A DNA stretch of 14,823 bases from Geosiphon pyriformis uo1 (lineage: Eukaryota; Fungi; Glomeromycota). Made by a program: the position numbers and the translations under genes. This document shows, one piece after another, positions 1 through 8,075 of this stretch (position 1 is its first letter; each line of letters opens with the position of its first letter). Under the pieces are notes generated by a model that was not told the origin of the DNA, did not search any database, and was given only the letters and a program-made list of their open reading frames with translations. The stretch spans positions 1 through 14,823 of the forward strand of contig JAAOMT010000248.1 in NCBI GenBank assembly GCA_016748015.1, given 5' to 3'.

Positions 1-490
1 ATGTTAATTTGAAAGTTTAGATTGAGAAATTACAATTTTTTCTTGAATCAGCTTACAAACTTTAGGCTTCAATCATAGCCATTGTTCTTTATTAGCAATT
101 TCAATTAATTGGTAAATAGAATGGTGCCAAGCAGACCAAATTGGTACAAACATTTGTCTAGTCATGAGTTTTAATGAAGACCTATTGAAACAAACTCCAG
201 TGTGAAAGTTAATAATTGCTTGTAAATAAAAAAAACTTGTTCATACTTTAACTTGAATGTGGGATCTGTTTTATTTTGGGCCCATTTTAAGTAATCTTCA
301 ACAGATAAATTTTTCTTAAAAACAACATATGACCACATTAATTTGAAAGTCATTGCATGTCTATATATATTACATATCAAATCCCACAATTTATGATAAT
401 CAGGACATTTTTTAAAAAACTGTAATTGACTTTTACTCCAATATTCCTGATATTGTGCAAAGTATTTTATATCGATATTCCAATTGATAT
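1..490 (-). pseudogene. Decayed fragment of an unknown protein-coding ORF, probably transposon-related (possibly Academ/DUF6589-like transposase); runs off the left edge
   Basis: Manual minus-strand translation extends track ORF 171..389 upstream without stops (NWNIDIKYFAQYQEYWSKSQLQFFKKCPDYHKLWDLICNIYRHA...). After a frameshift in the T-run near 225-235 it continues YLQAIINFHTGVCFNRSSLKLMTRQMFVPIWSAWHHSIYQLIEIANKEQWL*LKPKV...SN*H. Family assignment is recall/inference only. Confidence 0.4.
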
Positions 491-869
491 AGGCATTGCT
501 GTGTTTGAGGGGCTTAATAATATGAAATTGTGCTATCTTCTATGCAAATATACAAGTATACAGAAAATCAAATTAACAGCCTTTATTATTGATCATTAAT
601 TGGGAGTAAGAGACAAAAAGTGGCACAGATACATTATCAAAATTAAGTTTTTTTTTACTGAGAATCTGTTATTTGCACTTAGAATCCTACAGTTGGATTA
701 AAATCTTTATTTTTATAATTTGGCTGCTTTTTATAATCTGAGGCACCTTATATAACATGAGACACCTCACATGTCCAGTTAGATATAATATAAAATGATG
801 TTTGAGACATAACAGATACATCAACGTATTATAAAAGCAAAATGCAATAAAAAGTGTGTTCTTATTAAC

Positions 870-2428
870 ATGCCAAAAAACACAAACCAAAAGCAAGCTG
901 CAATCTCCTTGGAGATTAAAAAGGCTCTCTGCCAGTACAAACTAAAGCATCTTGACTACTCAGTAAATAGACTTATCAAAATATTTAATCTAAAGATTGA
1001 TCACTCTACTATAACAAAGATACTTGCAAAATCAGACTAATGAATTGAAAAAAATGTATCTGGCAACTCTGGTCAATTGACAAAGAACAGAAAAAAAATG
1101 TTTCCGAAGATAAATAATATACTGAAAGAATAGATGCTTGAAGCACTAACTATTAACTGCATTCTTACTGAAAAAATTTGACAAACAAAAGTCTTCAAGT
1201 TTGCTGAAAAGTTTCCAGAAGAAAATAACTTTAAAGCATCAGATAGTTGGTTAGAAAAGTTCAAAAAACGTTATAATTTGCACCACATTAAAATGTATAA
1301 TAAAGCAAACAGTGCTTTCTTGAAAATTTTACCAGAGGAACAAGAGAAACTGTATGAGATTATCAGTGAATATGATCTAAATGATGTTTACAATGCCAAT
1401 AAGACAGCATTATTCTTTAGAATGCCACCAAATACAACTTTAGCAACAAGATCTACCTCTGGCACCAAGTGTGATAAGAGTTGAATTACCATACTTCTTA
1501 TTTGTAATGCAACAGGCAGCATCAAGTTGCAGTTTTTAATTATCAGCAAAGCCGCAAAACCATAATGTTTTCACAATATTAATATAAATACACTTCCAAT
1601 CACTTATTATTACAATACAAAAGCATAGATGCAAACTGATATTTTTAGTGAATGGCTTAATTTATTAAATGAAGAAATATGTCACAAGAAAAAAAAAATT
1701 TTGTTATTGCTTAATAATACTGGTTCCCATAGTAGAAAATCTTCCATATTATTTAATATTATGATTAGATACTTACCATCCAATACAACATTTTATTTGC
1801 AACCATTAAATACAGGAATTATTGCATCTTTTAAGACATAATACTGAAAGTTGTTTCTTTTCCATCTTATTAATTAGTATAATAACAAGATTTCAATATC
1901 AACAGTAATATTAAAGAATGTGATTGACTTTCTAATTGATATATGATTAGTGGTAACAACAGCTACAATCCAAAACTGTTGGTGTCATATGAGAATTCTG
2001 AATAATAGTCAAATGCCAGCCCATCTATTAGATATTAAACAAGAACTTTTAAAAGAAGTACAAGTTCTTATTGAGCATGTTAAGATTAATAAGCTATTGG
2101 CAATAGACTTTATTAATATTAACAAGTTTGAATCATTATTCACTTATATCTCAGAGAATGAAATTGTGGATCTTATTAACAACAAGTATAGTGGAAATTC
2201 TAATGCAAATGAAGATTTAGAAAATGAAGATGAAGATGAACCTTTGCCTTTGCTATCTACACATCAAGATAAAACTGCACTTAAAGATACATTGCGCTAT
2301 TGTGAAAAACAGTATAGTGAAAAGTTGATTCAGACTTTTTTAAAACTTTAAGAACATTAATTTGTAATACTGTTCTCAAAGTTTAAGAAGAAAAAAAACA
2401 GTTGCAAATAAATAGCTTTTTTAAATAA
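870..2428 (+). pseudogene. pogo-like transposase pseudogene (CENP-B-type HTH domains + DDE_1 catalytic domain + C-terminal PIP box)
   Basis: ATG at 870 (MPKNTNQKQAAISLEIKKALC) is in frame with track ORFs 1278, 1629 and 1950. Motifs: FKASDSWLEKFKKRYNL, VYNANKTALFF (=N-x-DETGLF), KA*MQTDIF, ILLLLNNTGSH (=LLLDN), YLPSNTTFYLQPLNTGII (=LPPNTT..LQPLD.GII), TIQNCW, acidic tail. About 11 in-frame stops. One frameshift near 2340 leads to KQLQINSFFK* (2396-2428), a QxxIxxFF PCNA-binding motif typical of pogo transposases. Confidence 0.92.
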
Positions 2429-2500
2429 AATATATATAATTGGTTATTATATTATGTATGTAATATATAGATCATGTAATAAGATATTAATTATTTTTTA

Positions 2501-2569
2501 TAGTCCTATCTCTCTATAGTTACCACAAATGTGCTAATCAAAAAGTGTGATTATAAAGAGAGTTCACTG
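2501..2569 (-). repeat. Right terminal inverted repeat/subterminal region of the pogo element
   Basis: Ends in CACTG followed by TA (2570-2571). Internal imperfect inverted pair CTCTCTATAGTTACCAC (~2510-2526) / GTGATTATAAAGAGAG (~2547-2562). Confidence 0.75.
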
Positions 2570-3103
2570 TATTTTGATGTCAATAACTCTGTGCATTTAA
2601 TCTTTAATTAATTAGTAAATAAAACAAAAGAAAAAAAAAAGAAAAAAAAAGAAAAAAAATAAAGAAATAAGCCAAAGCAATTTATGTTAGTATCCATTAA
2701 TAGCTATAATCAAAAGCTATTTTTCTAGTATAGATAAGTATTAGATACTATTAACATAAAGTATAGATAGTGAGAAGAGGGATTTAGATGATGAATAATT
2801 ATTTATTAATATTAATAATTCTAATTAAAATGTTTTAATGGAGATATCTTAGTACTGATTCTGTTTTTTTTGCTTCTACTTCTCTTGTTATATATATATA
2901 ATTTGAATTCTATGAGATTGCTTGCATTCTCGAGTGATGTGCTATAACTTTTTAAGCAATGCTTATATTGTTAAGCAATGTGCCATAATTCTTAACAATA
3001 CTCCATATTACTAAGCAATATGCTTATGTGTTTAATTACTATTTTCCTATTGGTCTATTTGTTTTTCCTACTATTTTTTTGTATGTTTTTTCTATGAGTA
3101 ATA
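2570..3103 (-). repeat. Partial LTR 'C' (U3/R part) of the Gypsy family, truncated by the pogo insertion
   Basis: Colinear with 10622-11247: TTGATGTCAA, A-tract, TAGCTATAATCAAAAGCTAT, TATA run 2889-2900, ~40-bp repeats, terminus GTAATA (3098-3103 = decayed GTAACA). Confidence 0.88.
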
Positions 3104-4230
3104 ATAGTTTTAGTCAATTTTCATGTGCTGTTTTAACTAAAATTTTGTTGTTTTATCTTAGTTTATAAGCTTCATTTCCTAGAATTTTTTCAATGTAAAT
3201 AGTTTGTTTTATTTGAGATCAAATTTTCTACTCTATTGTTTTTTTGCCTTAGTACAATATAATAATACTTTGTCTCTAATCTTGAATTCAACTGGTTTAT
3301 TTGATAATTGGTTATTATGTCATTTTTTTTGTTTTTCTTGTGGCTTTTAAATGTTATTAGCTGCTCTTCATCTTTTGTTTTTTAAAGTTTCTATTAGTTT
3401 ATATGTTTTTTTCAGTAATGTTTTTTGTAAATTGACTTCTGTTATTGGTTTTGTTGAATGTGTGTTAATGTCTATCTTAATAGATAATGTTGCTGTTTTA
3501 GTATAAACAAGTTCAAATGGTATTGCTTGTGTGGTATCTTGCTTTATTGTTTGATAAACAAATAATACTGATGGTATAAACAAATTTTATTTGTCCTGGT
3601 TTTCTTGGCTAATCTTGGCTATTGTTTCACACAATGTTCTGTTAAATCTTTCAACCAATCTATTTGTTTGTAGATAGTATAGTGATAATAATAGTCTTTT
3701 AGTTCCAAATCTTTAACTTAATTCTGTTAGTATTTTGTTTACAAAGTAAGTTCTTTGATCTAATAATAATTTTTTTGGACATCTATGTTGACAAATCAAA
3801 TCTTAGTAAACAAATTCAGTTACAGATTCTGTATCTGCTTTTTGAATAGCTTTTATCTCTGGTCATTTGATAAGATAGTCCATGGTTGCTATATAATGAT
3901 TGTCTCTGCTGATTATTGTTAATGATCTAACTAAGTCAATTCCAATTTTGTTAAATAGTTGTCCTATTTTAATTGGTCTTAGTGGCTCACTGGGTTTTGT
4001 TTCTCCTCTTTTCTAACAAGTATTACAATTTTGAACATATTGAATAATATCTGGATACATTGATGGCCAATAATATCTTTTTTTGGTTCTTTTTATGATT
4101 GCTTCTTTATGAAAATATTTTGCTGTCGAATCTGAGTGTATGTTGTATAGTATTGTTTTTTTTTCTGATTTTGTGATTACTCTGAGTGATTGATTTGAAT
4201 TTTTTTTGTTTTTCAGATATAATATATTTT
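3104..4230 (-). pseudogene. Integrase (Zn-binding HHCC remnant, DDE core, C-terminal GPY/F-type region)
   Basis: IHSDSTAKYF...RYYWPSMYPDIIQYVQNCNTC; KIGIDLV; LLLDQRTYF; YYLQTNRLVERFNRTLC; track ORF 3368..3583 (IPFELVY); FKIRDKVLL...GNEAYKLK...AHEN*LKL at the LTR C junction. No chromodomain visible. Confidence 0.92.
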
Positions 4231-4399
4231 GGTGGGTAATAAAATATTTGGATTGTTGTTTTATGTTGTTTTGTTCCTTTGAAGATAATTTCTCTTTGAA
4301 CTGTTGAGTATTAATATAGTGTTGGAGTTGTTGATATTTTTGTGTATTTATCTTTTGTTATATTTTTGGGTTGAAATGTTCTTAGATTTGTTTTATTTG

Positions 4400-4770
4400 C
4401 AACAAACTGTCAGCATTTTCATTTTTTTTTCCTTTTTTATAGTGTATTGTATATTTGAATAGTAAAAGTTTTATTTTCTATCTGACATAACAGTTATCTC
4501 CAGATTTTTGCTTTTGTATTGATGTCAATTCTTTGTAATCAGTATATACATTAAATTTTTGACTTAAATACTCTTTCCATTTAATGATTATTCAATAAAT
4601 AGTTAAGTGTTCTAGTGCTGAAGTTCTATAATTTTTTTCAGCTGGACTTAAGTTTCAGCTGGTGTATACTACTAAGTGTTTTCTTTTATTTGATTTTATT
4701 TGAGACAGTATAGCTTCCAATGTTTGATCTGATGCATTAGTTGTAATAATAAATGGCTTGTTATGATTCA
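4400..4770 (-). pseudogene. RNase H domain of Pol
   Basis: PFIITTNASDQTLEAILSQ (=TDAS..GAVLSQ), S*NLSPAEKNYRTSALEHL, FNVYTDYKEL, IHYKKGKKNENADSLL. Confidence 0.92.
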
Positions 4771-4869
4771 AATAGATCAGTACTAAAGCTTAAATGAGCT
4801 TTCTTCTTAGAATATCAAAAGCTTTTTGTTGAGTTTCTATCTATTTGTATTTTACATTCTTGGCTTAGA

Positions 4870-5640
4870 GCTGATAAAGTGGTTGAGTCAATTTGGAGAA
4901 GTTTTGGATAAAACAGTAATAGTATTTTGCAAATTCCAAAAATGTTTATAATTCTGTGAGATTTGTTGGTGCTGAAAAGTTCTTGACAATTTCAATCTTA
5001 TCTGAATCTGTTTTGATGTCATCTTTACTTATAACATGTTTCAAAAATTTCAGTTCTGTTTTGTTAAAGAAATACTTGTTTGCAATCAGTTTTAATTTGG
5101 CTTTTTTTAATCTTTTGAATACTTGTTAAAAATAGTGAAAATAATTGTCAAATGTTCTAGAAAACACATTGGTGTTATCCAAGTAGACTATTACTGATTT
5201 CCATAATAATTCAGTATACACAATTTCTATAAACCATTGAAAAGTTGCTGGCACATTTATTAAGCCAAATAACATAACATCAAATTCAAAATTTTTTTTT
5301 GCCAGCTGAATTTATAACTATTTATTAGTAATCACTATCCAAATCTAATGTGAAGAACCATTTTTTTTCTCTAAAAACATCAAATAATTTTTAGATTTGT
5401 AGAGTTAAATAACTATTTTTATGAGTAATACTGTTGAATTTTCTGTAATCTACACAAAAGTGGATTTTTTTATTCTTCTTCCAAATTAGTACTACTGGTA
5501 ATAACTATGAACTCATTGATAGTTGAATTAACTTGTTGTCCAACATTCTGTTGATTTTTTGTCAAATAATCTCATGGCTGGATAGTAGTACTTAGTATGC
5601 TTGGCATAACATCTCCAGTCTTAATTTGATGCTGGATAAT
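4870..5640 (-). pseudogene. Reverse transcriptase domain of Pol
   Basis: PVVLIWKKNKKIHFCVDYRKFNSIT, WFFTLDLDSDY**, FEFDVMLFGLINVPATFQ, VIVYLDNTNVFS (YLDD>YLDN at 5174-5185), KFLKHVISKDDIKTD, FLEFAKYYYCFIQNFSK. The usual KTAF segment appears deleted near 5295-5305. Confidence 0.95.
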
Positions 5641-6174
5641 ATTAGTTCTGCCAAATTTATTTTTACTAGCAAAAATGTCAATGAAATTTTTAAGTAATAT
5701 TCTAAGCTGTATACATTAAAGTGGGTCTAAGTTTTTTAAGTTTATTTGGTTTAATTGTTTTGGTTAGAGCAAATAACATTTTTTTTATCTGTATATGATT
5801 TGTAATATAATATTTACATATTCACACAGTTGTAGAAAATTTGGAATGGTATTTGGTAGTTAATTCTTAATTTTAGTGCTTAAGTATCTGATGGTGATAC
5901 TGCTTAGTATTTTAATAGTGTCTCTAATTGTATTGTAGATAAAAATTTTAATGTGTTTATTGTTTTTGGCCAGTATATAGAGATTGGTAATTTCAATTTT
6001 TCTTAATTCATAAATTGTAAGTTCTGTTTCAAAAATCTGGGGCTGATTCCTTACTTTTTTTTCTATTACTAATATGTACTGGTCATATAGTAGAATAGAA
6101 ACTGATTAATTGATGAAAATAATTTTTTTTTCATTAATAGATTTCTTTTCTACCATATTAATTAGTATGTCTAT

Positions 6175-6570
6175 TCTACTTGTTAATCCGAATCTATTTT
6201 TTTCTTTGGTTGTGATTCTTAATTTTTCTTTTGTTTCTATTAAAACTAATTGAGCTATTTTAATCAGAGATAGAAATATTGTCTGTGCTATTTTTTTGTT
6301 TAGTTCAATAACATATTTATTTTCCAAGTCATTTTGTAGTATTGTAATGATATTTTCTACATATCCTGTATTAATTATTTTTTTTTGATGTTGATTTCTT
6401 TTTTTGCTAAACTAAATCTTAATATTAATTAAACTATTGTTGTTACTAGAATTTCCAGTGCTATTTTCAGACCTATGCTGATATGTAAATGTGGTTCCAG
6501 TTTAATAGCAGTTTTTTTGGAATATCTAAGATCAAATTTTGTATCAGTATTATGTGCTCATTCTGGCATA
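6175..6570 (-). pseudogene. Trimeric-type dUTPase domain embedded in the polyprotein
   Basis: All five dUTPase motifs in order, altered by transitions: I DTKFDL (DAGFDL), II RFSLA (RSSLA), III IINTGYVE (GIIDAGYxG), IV KIAQ, V KEKNRFGLTS (RG..GFGSTG). Includes track ORF 6106..6327. Confidence 0.88.
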
Positions 6571-6599
6571 ATATCTTTATTATTATTACTGAACTATTT

Positions 6600-7730
6600 C
6601 AATTTCTGTTTTATTGAAAAATTTGAAAGTGCAATATATTGTCCAAGATTATAATCGAAGTTTGAATTGTTATTGTTATTGTCATAGTGAATAAAGTTGA
6701 AATCATTGTTGTCATTATTATCAAAGTTTGAATTGGAATTGAATTTTGATTTTAATTCCTTGACACAATTGCTAATTGGTTCTTTCTCTTTAGGGATTAA
6801 ATAAATTATGCAGGTAGTAGATTGTAAATAAGATCACAATTATCATAATAATCAAAGTCACTGGAGATTAAGCAATGTTTATACAGTCTTGCATTTAGTT
6901 GTTCCAAACACTGCTTCTGTTTTTTTTTAATGGGTGCTAGATCTTGGTAGTGTTTATGGAATTGTTCTGGATTACTTAAAATATTAAAAAATGCATCTGA
7001 ATTTGGAATAAGAGTGGTTTCAACTGGTTTTGGTTGGTTATTTTTGATTGCCAATATTTTATTGGGCAAAGCATTTTCAATTTTAGCACTTATTATTTAC
7101 TAAAATTTGTCTTTGTCATGTAGATAATTATTCAAGCATGAGAGTATTCAGTTCCAAGCAGTATTAAAAAGTGTTCTTTGGATTATCCAATTGCTAATAA
7201 GAATTGTGTATTGGCACAATGCATTACATATTCCTCCTTAACCAGGAATGTTGTTTTACATTCTTTTATTGAATAATGTTTTTTTACAAGTGAGGCATGA
7301 TTTATTGTCTCACTTTCCTTTTAGGTAACCAAAACATTCTTGGTGACATGGTTTGCAGTAATAATAGATATACATCTAATAGTTTTTGTTTGGTGCAATC
7401 TAAGCTCCTATGAATAAAAGTTTCTTCTTGTAATTAATACACTTAAGAGAAATATAAAGTGGTTTTTTTTATGTCTACTAAGTATGAGGTATGTTAACTA
7501 TTAACAATCTTATTAATATTAATAGTTTGTGGTTTATCTACTTCTTTTCTTTTTTTTTTGTCATTCCATAACAAGATTGGTGATAGCGTGTTGTGATTTT
7601 CTTTAGCTCATAAGACTTGATAGACTTCTCAGGTAGATTTGTCTTTTTCTTTTTCTAATTCTATTAGTAGTTGTGATTGAGTAGTTTGTGATTTAAAATG
7701 ACCACACATAGCTGATACTCACATGTGTTG
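6600..7730 (-). pseudogene. Uncharacterised polyprotein segment between protease and dUTPase: Cys-rich (several CxxC) plus Asn/Asp/Ser-rich linker
   Basis: LKCINY..., YYCKPCHQECFGY, KSCLTCKK, GGICNALCQY (about 7450-7200); track ORF 6806..7069 with LYKHCLISSDFDYYDNC; low-complexity SNSNSNFDNNDNND linker at ~6650-6750. Confidence 0.7.
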
Positions 7731-7734
7731 TTTA

Positions 7735-8075
7735 TTTTAACTGAACTGTAGTTTTTGAGTGGTCCAGTCAAGTATAGCACTGGTTTTAAACAACCAGTTA
7801 TTACTAACTAGCACTTGGTATTACATAACTTCTATGACAAAAATTTTAATTGGTGTGATAATGTTATTGACTTCAAATAAGAAGTTATTAATTTTGCCAA
7901 TTGGAGTTTTGGTTGCTTTATTGGTTGTAATAATCTTGGTGTTGGTAATACAATCAACTCAGTGACCTAATTGGTTCATAATTTATTATGTAATAATACT
8001 GCTTGCTGACCTATTATTAAGGATTAGCTTGATAGAATAGCCATTAACTTTTACATTAGTATATATTGTGATAAT
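7735..8075 (-). pseudogene. Retropepsin-type aspartic protease
   Basis: IYTNVKVNGYSIKLILNNRSASSIIT (=LILDSGS, G>A changes) ... IITTNKATKTPIG ... QVLVSNNWLFK (=LVGNDWL) ... LDWTTQKL. Confidence 0.85.

Larger units (their letters stand above)
690..2571 (+). mobile_element. pogo/Tigger-family (Tc1/mariner superfamily) DNA transposon, degenerate; right end clear, left end uncertain
   Basis: Contains a CENP-B/DDE_1-type transposase pseudogene. Right end reads ...GAGAGTTCACTG|TA (reverse complement TA|CAGTGAACTCTCTTTATAATCAC), a pogo-type CAGT terminus with TA target. Left candidate TA|CAGTTGG at 688-696 matches only the first 4 nt. Confidence 0.8.

Noticed and set aside
687-1264. Track ORFs 687..896 (-) and 1073..1264 (-)
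   Set aside because: Antisense to the pogo 5' region/transposase; no motifs; chance ORFs.
870-2351. Alternative genetic code or a domesticated CENP-B-like host gene explaining the in-frame stops
   Set aside because: All three stop codon types occur, catalytic residues are also mutated, and a TIR+TA end is present; simple pseudogenisation fits.
2620-2670. A-rich tract as the poly(A) tail of a LINE/SINE or retrocopy
   Set aside because: The same tract occurs at the same position in every LTR copy; it is part of the LTR.
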